From the human T2T-CHM13v2.0 reference genome, Homo sapiens: DNA of 64,000 bases. This document shows, piece after piece, positions 28,740 to 51,604 of the stretch (positions within the stretch are counted from its first letter, which is position 1; the number at the start of each line of letters is the position of its first letter). The notes beneath the pieces were generated by a model. The model ran no database searches, was not told the origin of the DNA, and was given only the letters and a program-made list of their open reading frames with translations. Location of the stretch: the NCBI RefSeq assembly GCF_009914755.1, contig NC_060931.1; one strand, given 5' to 3'. The position numbers were made by a program, and so were the translations under genes.

Positions 28740-28955
28740 CAGCAACAATATTTATAACAGCCCCCAAAAGGAAACAATCCAAGTATCCATCACCCATTGA
28801 ATGGATAAACAAAATGTGGTATATCCATACGATGAAATGTTACTCAGGCATGAAGAGGAATGAAGGGCTTTTATGCATGCCACAACGTGGATGGACCTTG
28901 AAGACATTATTCTAAGTGAAAGAAACCAGTTACAAAGGGCCACTTATTGTGTGAT
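28740..28955 (+). mobile_element. L1MB/ME 3' fragment
   Basis: gaatggataaacaaaatgtggtatatccatacgatgaaatgttactcag...tggatggaccttgaagacattattctaagtgaaagaaaccag. Confidence 0.85.
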
Positions 28956-28956
28956 T

Positions 28957-28995
<39 letters not shown>

Positions 28996-29032
28996 TTTGA
29001 GACACAGTCTCCCTCTCTCACGCAGGCTATAA

Positions 29033-29161
<129 letters not shown>

Positions 29162-29813
29162 TAGTAGAGACGGGGTTTCACCACGTTGGACAGGTTGGTC
29201 TCGAACTCCTGTCCTCAAGTGATCCTCCCGCCTTGGTCTCCCAAAGTGCTGGGATTACAGGTGTGAGCCTCCGCACCTGGCCTGTTTTTCCTTTTAAAGC
29301 CGTGACTCTATTTTCCCTTCTGGCCTTGGTGTGTGCTCTTCCCCACTCTGTCTCCTTCCCTTTTGAGTCCTTTCCATCAGGAAGCCCTCCTTAACCACTA
29401 CCAGACTCACCCACACATGAACCGGCTCCCACCATCTGTTCTGTTTATTTTGGCAAGGAAATAAAGATGTGTCTTCCACCAGAAAAGCTGAGGCCACTAC
29501 TCGATTCAGTTTGCCCTCCCTGCTGGGGCACAGGTGTCATGGCCTCCCTTAAGTGCTTATTAATTCCTGTGTTTCAGCTTTCATCCTTCCACCTGCTGCT
29601 AGGCCTCTGTGCACACAGTGCTTTGTGGAATTGCTCCCGTCTCTTCAGCTTAGCAGCGTGCCTTGAAGAGGAAGAGCTGCAGAGAAATTTTGAAAATAAA
29701 TTGCTTTTTGAAAAATAATTTGACAGTAAGTCAGGGACCTTGAAAATATTTGTTCCCTTTGATTCAGAAATATTTCTAAGACAAATTCAGAAATTCTTTT
29801 TTTTTTTTTTTGA

Positions 29814-30008
<195 letters not shown>

Positions 30009-30784
30009 TAGTCTTGAACTCCTGAGCTTAAGCAATCTGCCTGCCTCGGCCTCCCAAAGTGCTGGGACTACAGGCATGTACCACTGCGCCTGGCCAGAAT
30101 TTCTATTTTAAGGAACTTATCAGTGGCTTACAAAGACTTATGTTGAAAATATATCAATCCTGTTTTTCATGACTTTTTTAAAAACAGTTTTAATTTTTTT
30201 TTCTGTACTAGAAAATGCACTGTAACTTGACATTGTAATAGTGAAAATATAATGACATTTGAGAATTTATAACAAGAAAATGTTCACAATTTAATATATG
30301 AAAAGTAGAACAAAATTATATGTAGTATAAGACCGATCATGTTAAAAACATGGGCGGGCACGGTGGCTCACACCTGTAATCCCAGCACTTTGGGAGGCCG
30401 AGGTGGGTGGATCACGAGGTCAGGAGTTTGAGACCAGCCTGGCCAACATAGTGAAACCCCATCTCTACTACAAATACAAAGATTAGCCGAGCATGGTGGC
30501 AGGCACCTGTAATCCCAGCTACTCCAGAGGCCGAGGCAGGAAAATCCCTTGAACTCGGGAGGTGGAGGTTGCAGTGAGCTGAGCGAGATGGCACCACTGC
30601 ATTCCAGCCTGGGCAACAACAGAGCGAGACTCCATCTGAAAAAAAAAAAAAAAGGAAAAGTATGTCCTGTAATATGCATGTAAAAAACTGGTAGAATGAA
30701 ACCAAATAAGAGTTTGGATTATGTTTTCCTTAATTTTATGTTTTAAAATATAGCACATTTTCTTCACTAAACATGCTTTTAAAT

Positions 30785-31900
<1,116 letters not shown>

Positions 31901-31952
31901 AGATCCAGCTTCCACCCGAGGCAACAGAGTGAACAACAACAACAAAAAAAGA

Positions 31953-32850
31953 GGTGACCTGGGTGCTTTTACTACCCTACATTCAGATGTGGGAGCAAAG
32001 AAATGACTTAAAGTTGGAGTTTATATTTAAAAGGGAAGCGGAATGTAAGTTTGGAAAATTTGCAGGCTGGCCATGTGACAGAAAGAAAAAACTTTTTCAA
32101 GAGAATTCAAGCAGGCTGTGGAGCAACCGCTTGCTAGAGCGATTTGTAGATTTAAAAAGGAGCCAAGTGCTGATAGCCAAGACTGTGGGGAAAAAAAGGC
32201 CTTGAAGGCATTTCAGAGACCTTCCCGGCAGCCCCTCCCATTACAGTTGTGGAGGCCTCAGAGGGAAGAATGCTTTGTGGTTCAGGCCCAGTGCCAGGGA
32301 CAGCCTCAGGACACTGCTCCTCACATCCCTGGCCATTCAGCTTCCAGCCTTGGCTCAAAGGGGCCCAGATACAGCTCAGGCTGCCACACTAGAGGGTGAA
32401 AGCCATGAGCCTTGGCCGCTTCAATGTGGTGGTGAGCCTGTGGGTGGACAGAATGCAAGAGTGAGGGAGGCTTGGCAGCCTCCACCTAGATTTCAGAGGA
32501 TGTATGGGAAAGCCTGGGAAAGGGGCAGACCCCTTACCGAGAACCTCTGGTAGGAGAGGAATGTGGGACTGGAGGCCCCATACAGAGTTCTCACTGGGGC
32601 ACTGCCTAGTGGAGCTGTGGGAAGGGGGCCACTGTCCTCCAGACCCCGGAATGGTAGATCCACCAGCATCTTACAACCTGTCCCTGGAAAAGCCACAGGC
32701 TGTGAGAGCAGCCTCGGATTGAACCCTGCAAAGCCACCAGGACAGAGCTGCCCAGGACCTTGGGAGCCCACCCTTCGCACCAGCACGCCCTGGATGTGAG
32801 ACATGGAGTCAAAAGGAGATTATTTGGGAGCTTTAAGATTTAATGACTGT
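31953..32850 (+). mobile_element. MaLR (MST/THE1-type) internal fragment without LTRs
   Basis: Diagnostic internal text: tttaaaagggaagc..agtttggaaaatttgcag; ccacctagatttcagaggatgtatggg; gtgagacatggagtcaaaaggagattattt..tttaagatttaatgactg. Confidence 0.85.
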
Positions 32851-32879
32851 CTGCCAGGTGCGGTGGCTCACACCTGTAA

Positions 32880-33083
<204 letters not shown>

Positions 33084-33229
33084 TGACCTCAGGTGATCTG
33101 CCCCCGTCGGCCTCCCAAAGTGCTGGGATTATAGGCTTGAGCCACTGCGCCTGGCTGGAGGGACCGGTTTTTTAATTGAGAGGGTTGGTACTTCTCCCTT
33201 CCTGCCTTTTTCCAAGGGCTGCTCGGGGC

Positions 33230-33230
<1 letters not shown>

Positions 33231-33280
<50 letters not shown>
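33231..33280. repeat. (TG)25 microsatellite
   Basis: Perfect dinucleotide run. Confidence 0.95.
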
Positions 33281-33283
<3 letters not shown>

Positions 33284-34396
33284 CAAAGACAGAGATCTGT
33301 ATTTATTAACTCAGGTCAGACACTTGGGATTTTTCACCAGGCATCATCACCAATCAGCCAGCTCAGATTAATTAATATTAATTTGGTTGGTCTGTTCCCA
33401 GGCCCTTGGTGTGCAGGCACTTTCTGTCATTAAGTCCTTGTGACCCAGCCTCGTGTGACACATCTCCCATGATGGGGAGCCACTCCCCCAATAGCGCATT
33501 CTATGTTCAGACTCCTTTATTAGAACGTCTTTGCTTGGAGGGGTTGTAAACCTCTCTCCTCTATGACCACTCCTATTTCTGAATGCCAGGCCTCTCCCTT
33601 TGGCAGTTTTCTGACCACCTAAAGAAGGGATCAAGTACCTCTGAATCTTCTTTTCTTAGGATTAACTTTTCCAGTGTCTTTACTGTTTCTTTCTTTCTTT
33701 TTTTTTTTTTTTTTTTTTTTGAGAGATGGTCTCGCTCTGTCACCCAGGCTAGAGTGCAATGACACAATCATCATGGCTCACTGCAGCCTCTGCAGCCTCT
33801 AACTCCCGGGCTTAAGTAATCCTTCTGCCTCAGCCTCCTGAGTAGTTGGGACTACAGGTGCATGCTGCGACACCTGGATAATTTTTTTTTTTTTTTGAGA
33901 TGGAGGGGGTGGTCTCACTTTGTTGCCCAGGCTGGTCTCGAACCTCTGGCCTCAGCACTTCTCCAGCCTCGGCCTCCCAAAGTGCTGAGATTATAGGCGT
34001 GAGCCACTATGCCTGTTTCTCTTGTGACAGGTGTTGGGGACTACTGTGCCCTAGAGCCACTTTCTGAGTGTTGCAGTTTGTCTTTGATGTTCAATGTGGA
34101 GCTCATTTGGAATTCTATTAAAGAATCCTTAGTGTGCCTTCCCTTTTGGGGAAGCCATGTTGACTTCGGCCCATCCTATTCTCATTTCGGTAAAGGAGGA
34201 GGGAGTAGCACTGCCCATGCTGTGGGCTTGCTGCCGTGGACTTGCTGTAGGAATTGTAACACATGCGTGTGTGGGCAGGGGGTTGGGGGGCAGGTGGCAT
34301 TCTGATTGCCTCCAGGTGATCTCTCCAGACTGTTGCCCCTGCGCTGGAGGCAGAAGCCGACTTCAGAACTGATCTGCCCAGATTTGAGAAAAGTAA

Positions 34397-34737
<341 letters not shown>

Positions 34738-34803
34738 GCTGTTTCTGTTTTCTATATTTTTATTCAAAATTAATTGAGGCAATCAGCTAGGCTTGGTGGC
34801 TCA

Positions 34804-35127
<324 letters not shown>

Positions 35128-35130
35128 TCA

Positions 35131-35512
<382 letters not shown>

Positions 35513-37171
35513 TTATATCCATGCAATGCCCTGGAGCTTAGGGGAGCTGTGGTCTCGTCCCCTTGGCATTCAAGCCAAGGAGCCAAGGCCGCAGAGATGC
35601 TGCTAGAAGCAGGCACGGGGAGCTGCAGCTGCAGCATCAGCCCCTGTGGGCCTGGTCAGTTCGATTTGTGCTGAGTCATGCCCACTGTTCGCCTGCTGTC
35701 CCTCCTGTCCCCCCAGTCACGCTTGCACAGATCTGACTCAGCAGCTGCCTTCCTCCTTTCACGTCATTGCATCGGGCACATGCTGGTCATGTGTTTCTAA
35801 ATTAAGTCCTGTTGTGTGGGGAAAAGGCCATCAGCTGGGAGCGTTTGGCCATGGCCATCTTCAGTGGAGAATGTTCTCCAGGATACCTTGGTGAAAGCCC
35901 CGTGACTGCATTGATATTAGGGGTGCAGGCATCGTTGTACAGTAGTACCTTCCTGTAGCAGCATTCTGATCACAGCACCCCCTTGCCCTGTCCTCACCAG
36001 CTTCCCCAGGGCCAAACACCTTAGACTGGCATACAGGCCCCTAGGCCCTTACGCACTCATCTGGGTGTCTCTTAAAAGTTTATCTCGGCCAAGTGTGGTG
36101 GCTCTTACCTGTTATCCCAGCACTTTGGGAGGCCAAGATGGGAGGATTGCTTGAGCCTAGGAGTTTGAGACCAGCCTGGGCAACTTAGTGAGACCCCATC
36201 TCTACAAAAAAATTTAAAAAATCAGCTGGTATGGTGGTGCATGCCTATGGTCTCAGCTATGCAGGAGGCTGAGGGAGGAGGATTGCTTGAGCCCAGGAGT
36301 TAGAGGCTGCAGTGAGCTGTGATCACACCACTGCACTGCAGCCTTGGTGACTCCAGCCTGTTCCGTGAATGAATGAATGCTTATCTCTTATTCGCCATCT
36401 ATGCATCCCCACATAAAAACACATCCCATTGCACCACACTTGAGTTACCCCAGACCCCGAGTTTCTCGTGTTCTAGGCTCTGGTACACGCTTCCTCTATC
36501 GGTAGCTTCGCTCATCCCCCTAATCTGACTGGTGGACCCTGATCATTCTTCACAATCCAGCCCAGATGTTGGCCTCTGGGAGCCCCTTCCTTGACTGTTT
36601 CAGACTGTCATGCCTGCTTTTTCCTTCCAGCTCTATTTCCCCTGCACCTGGCCTCCCCATGCAGCCGTGACTGTTGGGATAGGTCTGCCCTTTCTCATAG
36701 CAGGAGGACACCTTGGGGCAAGGTTGGCATGTCTGCTCCTGCCTGAACCCACACAGTTCCTGGAGTGCAGCAGGTGCTCCTCAGCTGTTTGCTGCACGCA
36801 TGGACGTAAGAGTGACAGAAGCATGTCCTTCGACATGACGTTTTTGTACCTGAACATTGTCTAGAGGCTTTCCAGACTGTAAGCTCTGTGGGATTAGGAG
36901 CCTGCCTGCCTCGCACTCCCTGGCATCCTTAGTGCTTTGGGCCTCACAGGCCAGCGGAGCCCTCGTGCGGGTTCCAGGCCTGCTTTGGTGGGAGTGCTCA
37001 GTACTTTTAGCCACACAGAGCCGTGGCCTGCAAGGCTTTCGGAGTACATCTCTAGCACATCTGAGAATCCGGAAGCAACTCAGAGTTTCTGGAATGGATT
37101 TCACAAAGTCTGTGAATAAGAAGGCCCCACAGGCCCTACTCAACAGCTTTTTTTTTTTTTTTTTTTTTTAA

Positions 37172-38031
<860 letters not shown>

Positions 38032-38113
38032 TGATTTCCCAATTTACGCAGATTCAAAGCAGCCAATTAGAAATGGGTGAGAGACTTTTGAAAAAAAACG
38101 TAGGCACTCTCGT

Positions 38114-38410
38114 GGCCGGGTGCAGTGGCTCACACCTGTAATACCAGCACTTTGGGAGGCTGAGGCAGGTGGATCACGAAGTCAGGAGATCGAGACCATC
38201 CTGGCTAATATGGTGAAACCCCATCTCTACTAAAAACACAAAAAATTAGCCGGGTGTGGTGGCAGGCGCCTGTAGTCCCAGCTACTCAGGAGGCTAAGGA
38301 AGGAGAATGGCGTGAACCCAGGAGGCGGAGCTTGCTGTCAGCTGAGATTGCGCCACTGTACTCCAGCCTGGACGACAGAGCAAGACTCCATCTCAAAAAA
38401 GAAAAAAGAA
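38114..38410 (+). mobile_element. AluY with TSD
   Basis: TSD aaaaacgtaggcactctc on both sides; AluY diagnostics. Confidence 0.88.
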
Positions 38411-39164
38411 AAAACGTAGGCACTCTCATAATGGTGAGGGTCATCCTGCCTCAAGAAAAGACAAACACTATCAACAACAAAGATGCAGGGGCCGGGTGTG
38501 CTGGCTTACACCTGGAATCCCAGGACTTTGGGAGGCCAAGGTGCGAGGATCGCTTGAGCCCAGGAGTTTGAGACCAGCCTGGGCAACCAAGCGAGACCCC
38601 ATCTCTACAGAAATAAAAGTTTTTAAAAAATTAGCTCGGTGAGGTGGTGCATACCTATAGTCTCAGCTACTTGGGAGGCTAAGGTGGGAGGATGGCTTGA
38701 GGCCAGGAGTATGAGGGTGCAGTGAACTATGCTACTGCTTTCCACCCTGGGTAACAGAGTGAGACTGTGTCTCTCAAAACAAGCAAACAGACCAAAAAGA
38801 TGCAGGAACCTGAGATCCCACAGCCTGGGTTCCCTCTGTGTGCAAGCAACCTCTCCTGCCTCTTTAGGCCCTAAGTATGTTGTACAATGACACGATGGCC
38901 GAGTAGTCTACAAAAGGAACCGTGCGTGGACTCGAGACAGCATGGACATGGTTCACGTATTCCGGAAGTATTTCTCTAGCTGTGTAGAATTTTAGAGCTG
39001 AGGATGATCCTTGGTGACCAGCTCCATATTGCTTTGTGGAGAAGAAACCTGAGTCCTGGGAGGTCAAGTAACCCGTTCAGACTCCCACAACCAGAGCCTC
39101 CGGCATCTGTACTGCCCAGTCAGTACAGAGCTCCGGTAACTAGGTGCACTTCAGTTATCTAGAG

Positions 39165-43055
<3,891 letters not shown>

Positions 43056-44539
43056 GGGTACTCTGGCTATTGTGGCTGTGGAGCGATCTGTCTGAGTCAC
43101 TCTTGGACACTGCTTTTTAACAGGTCACCTTGGAGAGTGTAGTGTTCCCCGAGTACCTCTCAGTCCCTGTGGGTTGCGCTGTCAGGCAACAGTAGGGTAT
43201 GGTTCCATGAGGGTTTTCCCTCATCTTGAAGCCACTAAACCTTGGCAGAGGGGCTTGTGAACCTGAATGACCCCGCTCCCCCTGCAGCCAGAAGGTGCAG
43301 CCCCTGGTGCCAGAGCCTTGTCTAGGTGGCCCTGACATGACAGTGACAGCTAAAGGGTTGACTAAATTACAAGTTTTATTCTTTCCTTTCTTGTTACTGC
43401 TTTGATTGGGGTGTCTGACTCACCCCAATATCAGTGCTGAGTTGGTTGCTCAATCTTTTTTACGGACCAGAAGTTGCAAACAGTAAATGCAAAACTGCAA
43501 ATACTTCCTGGAAGATAACCTGTTCCAGTGTTGCAAATGGTTGGCCTCAGAGAGCCCTTGTGTTCTTGCGTCATTCTCCCTTTCAGAAGCTGGTGAGGCT
43601 CCTGCCAGTGCCCCCCAGCCTGTGTGCTCCCTGATTTATTTGTCCATCTTGCTCAGTGGTGTGTGGGAGGGACTGGAGCTGTTGCCCTTGATTGCTACCT
43701 TGGTGGGAACCAGCCAGCTACCGAAATTGACAGGGAATCGTGGTCAAGCTATACATGCATAGTTTTTACCCTTCTCTGTATGTTGTATTTTATAATAATG
43801 AAAACATGTAGAGACCTAATTTATAATAAAAGTCAGGTCTGCTCTATTTAGAGTTGGGGAGATCTAGTTGGCTGGTATTCTGACATGTGCCTTTTTCTGT
43901 GCCTAATTTTTTCTTGAGACAGGACCTCACTCTGTTGCCTAGACTACAGTGTAGTGGTGTGATTATGGCTCACCGCAACCTCAACCTCCTGGGCTCAGGT
44001 GATCCTCCTACCTCAGCCTGCCACATAGCTGGGACTACAGGTGCGCACCGTCACACCTGGCTAACTTTTGTATTTTGTGGTAGAAGTGGGGTTTTGCCAT
44101 GTTACCCAGGTTGGTCTCAAACTCCTGAGCTCAAGTAATCTGCCCGCCTTGGCCTCCCAAAGTGCTGAGATTAAAGGCATGAGCCACTGCACCCAGCTCT
44201 GTACCTAATTTTACAGATGAGAACATGAAAGCCTTCTGTTGGTAAGGGGTGTGTCTGGGGTCCCAGCCAGCTGGTGTGGCGGGGCTGTGGCAAGAGCCTG
44301 GTCTAGTTCTTGTTTGCTGTTTGGATTGATACTGTGTTTGGCCCCATGAGCTCTGCCTTGTCTCTTGTTCCTTTTGCTGAAGGTATAAAGAAGAAACTCA
44401 GAGATTAAAGACTCTTTCAGGGCAGAAGGCTCACACAGGCTTCCAGAACCTCCTCGGAGCGATTGTAGGGACTGCCTGACCCGGAAGAGAGTTGTCAGTC
44501 AAGACCGCCAGAGTTTTCCCATCAGAGTATTTGGCATAG

Positions 44540-44740
44540 CAGAGGTGGCTCCCAAACTGTGCCAGGGCACTGCAGCAAACTCACAAGTGATCATTCTCAA
44601 TGCGGCGGACGCTCAAGTCTGTTGAACTCCATGCGAAGTGCTAGCTTGGGACAGTTCACGGTTCCAACGTGAGATCCTTGCTGCATTCCTTCTTAGGATT
44701 TTACATCTTTGCGAAGCTGGGTTTGCAGTGGTTGTTCAGA
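44540..44740. mobile_element. hAT-Charlie-like MITE fragment
   Basis: End cagaggtggctcccaaactgtg and internal catctttgcgaagctgggttt (xLCEAGF-like remnant). Confidence 0.45.
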
Positions 44741-44899
44741 CCTAACTATACGTGGAACTGTTAGGCATTTTTTTTTGGCCTACGGATACCATTAAAAATT
44801 TGCTGAGATACCAGGGACTCCACAAACGAAGGACATTTGGGATCTGTCCAGACAGGTACACTGGAAGCCCAATGTGTGTTTTATTTGTTAATTGATTGA

Positions 44900-45142
<243 letters not shown>

Positions 45143-46747
45143 TGATATGCCTGCCTCAGCCTCCCAAAGTGCTGTGATTACAGGCGTTAGCCACCACGGC
45201 CGGCCCCAATGTGTGTTTTAAATCTTTGCACTTAAATGTTTTTGATTTCTGCACATTTTGTGTTGCACGTGTCATAATGCATTCACCGATTCCCTTCATT
45301 CCCTTGAGTAGTTATTGCGCCCTGGATTCTGCGCCAAGGAAGTGTGTGCTGGGGAGGGGATGGTGGAGCTGAGGTCTGAAGAATGAGTACGAAGCTTCGA
45401 GAGGAGGAGCATCTCAGACACCTGTCAGGCTCTGGGGCAGGACCGCAGAGGTGCAAGCTGGAGAGTGGCTCAGGGTGGGGCTGGAGAGATGGGTGTGTGT
45501 CTGTGTGCGCGTCAAGGGGAAAACGGTTAAGTTTCTTAACCCAGGGGCTCATTTGTGGCCTCAGCCCCCAGGCACACTGCTTGGATCCTGGGATTCCTCC
45601 AAGCTTAACCTCCTTGAGAGGCCTTCCTTTCGCACCGCATGCCAGACACAGAGGTGCCTGAGATGCTGTTCTTCCCTCAAGGAGCTCACACCGAGTGAGA
45701 GAGAGACCCATGTCCTAAGTAGAGGGCGGTGAGCACAGCCCGGTGGGAAGCTGGGCCTGTTTCTCGTTTTGCCCGAGTGAGGTGCTTACCCCGTGTGGCC
45801 TCATCTGTAGCTCAGGGCCTTGGATAAAGTGATGGCTGGGTCCTTCCCACCGCACCTGTCTTCTCTCAGAAGTAGTTTGATATTTCAGAGTCAAAGCTGC
45901 TGGGAACATTCTTGTTCTGTGGAGCCTCCAGGCTGAGCGCTGGGAGTGCCCAGTGTGCTGGTCGGGGCTGGGGGGCACTCAGGGCCAAGCCCCACCCCTG
46001 TTGGCTGCAGGAAGTCAGTCACAGCCTCAAGGAGCAGCTCCTGTTCGTTTCCTTCGTTTTGCGTGTTAGTTTCCTTACAGGCGTGAGACTGTGTGGTCCT
46101 GACTGTGAACTCCGGGAAGAGGCTGAAAGAAGCTGTGAGTGCAGGTGTTAGAGACAGGCAGCATGAAGAGGAGGGAATAGAGTCAGCCTCACAGACTGTC
46201 CTGATGGAGTTGCAGTGTGGTTTTCAGATTATAAAGGCATTCCATAGTCTGTATGCCAAGCACTGCCAATCCAGGTACCCGAAAATCGGAAGGTTCTTGC
46301 CTTCTATTCACATGTTTATTTATTCAACAAATCGACATAAATGCTCATTATATGCCAGTCTGTGAACTAAGCCAAGTCCCTGCCCTTGTGGGGTGACCCT
46401 CTAGTCAGGGAGAGAGCCAGTGGTGGGGTAATGTATAATATAATGTGAGGTGGGGATAAGCTCAGTTGTGAGGGGTCAGAGGGTGGGGATTGTGGCCAGG
46501 GGGCAGTTGTAGATTCTGTTCTCAGGCAAAGTTTCTCTGAGATGGTGACATCTGAGCAGAAACTTAAATGAGGGAGTGAATTTTGCAAATAATGAGATGG
46601 CCATGTGCAAAGTCCCTGAAACAGAAGGAGGCCAGCGTGACCTGCAAGGTGTGAGGAAGGGGAGCGTAGTAAGAAATGTGGGTGGTGGGAGTGGGTTCTG
46701 AGGGCCGGATCGTATGGGCCTTATGAGCTGTGTAAGGACTTCAGGGC

Positions 46748-49227
<2,480 letters not shown>

Positions 49228-49532
49228 TCAGCAGTCAGCTAGAACATAGTCTCTCATTGCCTAATTGCTGACACATGACTAAGGCTTTCCTGATTGAGTC
49301 TGGGTGCTCTGGTTGTGGTGAAAAACCCAGTCGGTCATATCCATGATTGCAAAATGGAATAGTGTGAATTTCAGGGCTGAGCCCAGCCTCCTTGGTAAGC
49401 AGCAGAAGCTGCTGTTTCAGGGACTCTCACTTGGACCTTTGTTGACTCATGTCACGTCTGCCTACCAGGTGTCGTTGGTGGAAGGACCAGTTGAGCATCT
49501 TATGAGGGAACTAGGCTGGTGACATGGGGGTT

Positions 49533-50951
49533 CCCCCACCTCCCTCCCGGACGGGGCGGCTGGCCGGGCGGGGGGCTGACCCCCCCACCTCCCTCCCGGA
49601 CGGGGCGGCTGGCGGGGCAGAGGGGCTCCTCACTGCCCAGTAGGGGCGGCCGGGCAGAGGTGCCCCTCACCTCCCGGATGGGGTGGCTGGCCGGGCGGGG
49701 GGCTGACCCCCCCACCTCCCTCCCGGACGGGGCGGCTGGCCGGGCGGGGGGCTGACCCCCCCACCTCCCTCCCGGACGGGGCAGCTGGCCGGGCGGGGGG
49801 CTGACCCCCCCACCTCCCTCCCGGACGGGGCGGCTGGCCGGGCGGGGGGCTGACCCCCCCACCTCCCTCCCGGACGGGGCGGCTGGCCGGGCGGGGGGCT
49901 GACCCCCCCACCTCCCTCCCGGATGGGGCGGCTGGCCGGGCAAAGGGGCTCCTCACTTCCCAGTAGGGGCGGCTGGGCAGAGGCGCCCCTCACCTCCCGG
50001 ACGGGGCAGCTGGCCGGGCGGGGGGCTGACCCCCCCACCTCCCTCCCGGACGGAGCGGCTGGCCGGGCGGGGGCTGACCCCCACCTCCCTCCCGGACGGG
50101 GTGGCTGCTGGGCGGAGACGCTCCTCACTTCCCAGATGGGGTGGCTGCTGGACGGAGGGGCTCCTCACTTCTCAGACGGGGCGGTTGCCAGGCAGAGGGT
50201 CTCCTCACTTCTCAGACGGGGCGGCCGGGCAGAGACGCTCCTCACCTCCCAGATGGGGTCGCGGCCGGGCAGAGGCGCTCCTCACATCCCAGACGGGGCG
50301 GCGGGGCAGAGGCGCTCCCCACATCTCAGACGATGGGCGGCCAGGCAGAGACGCTCCTCACTTCCTAGATGGGATGGCGGTGGAGAAGAGGCGCTCCTCA
50401 CTTCCTAGATGGGATGGCGGCCGGGCAGAGACGCTCCTCACTTTCCAGACTGGGCAGCCAGGCAGAGGGGCTCCTAACATCCCAGACGATGGGCAGCCAG
50501 GCAGAGACGCTCCTCACTTCCCAGACGGGGTGGCGGCCGGGCAGAGGCTGCAATCTCGGCTCTTTGGGAGGCCAAGGCAGGCGGCTGGGAGGTGGTTGTA
50601 GCGAGCCGAGATCAAGCCACTGCACTCCAGCCTGGGCACCATTGAGCACTGAGGGAACGAGACTCCGTCTGCAATCCCGGCACCTCGGGAGGCCGAGGCT
50701 GGAGGATCACTCGCGGTTAGGAGCTGGAGACCAGCCCGGCCAACACAGCGAAACCCCGTTTCCACCAAAAAAATACGAGAACCAGTCAGGCGTGGCGGCG
50801 CGCGCCTGCAATCGCAGGCACTCGGCAGGCTGAGGCAGGAGAATCAGGCAGGGAGGTTGCAGTGAGCCGAGATGGCAGCAGTACAGTCCAGCTTCGGCTG
50901 GGCATCAGAGGGAGACCGTGGAAAGAGGGAGGGGGAGGGGGAGGGGGAGGG
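49533..50951 (-). mobile_element. SVA retrotransposon (D/E/F-like VNTR), lacking SINE-R and poly(A)
   Basis: (CCCTCC)n hexamers at ~50925-50951, Alu-like domain ~50530-50900, GC-rich VNTR (ggctggccgggcggggggctgacccccccacctccctcccggacgggg) at 49533-50530. Confidence 0.95.
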
Positions 50952-51604
50952 ACCAGACTTTGTCTCTTAAAAAAAAAAAAAAAAGACTCCCAGGCATAGG
51001 AAAGCAGGCATTCACCATAAATCTCATTGTTAACAGGAACTACCTTCATAGCCCAAGGTTTTAGGAATACAGAGACACTCTTGCCAGTCAGGATAGTCCA
51101 AGGCTCGTGAATATCAGGAGCCACTCAAGGGCCAGGCCTGGAGACTTGGAACATGCAGGGTTTAGGGCAACCCCCGCCAGCCACACAGCTGGGGAAAGGG
51201 TTTGCTGCGAAATGGTCCACTCTTGCGTGCACTTCCTCCCGCCTGCCCCCCGTGCGGTGTCCTTGTGGGATTAGAGGATGTTCCAGCACACTGAGAGTCA
51301 GTGGCTGTCATTTTCTCTGTCTTCCAGGGACCCAGTCCCAGCTGCTGCCTTAGCTTGCACCCCAGGACCACCCTGGGCTGGTGCTGACACCACTGGGGGC
51401 TGTCTGTTATGTCAGCCCCAGTCCAAGACTGTGGCTGTCTTGGCAGGAACCTGGCTGAGTGAGCCCCTTCTCCTACCCCGTGCAGTGACCATTTCCTGCA
51501 GCCCCAGGGGCAAGGCCCAGCATTTAGGTGGGCACCCCAGCCAGCCTCAGGGGCACCCTGCTACCCTCTGCTGACATCTGCTGTTTCTGTCTCCTAACAG
51601 TTTC

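Noticed and set aside
49533-50530. Array of ~40-bp repeats resembling CRISPR, and repetitive ORFs
   Set aside because: SVA VNTR: no unique spacers, eukaryotic context.
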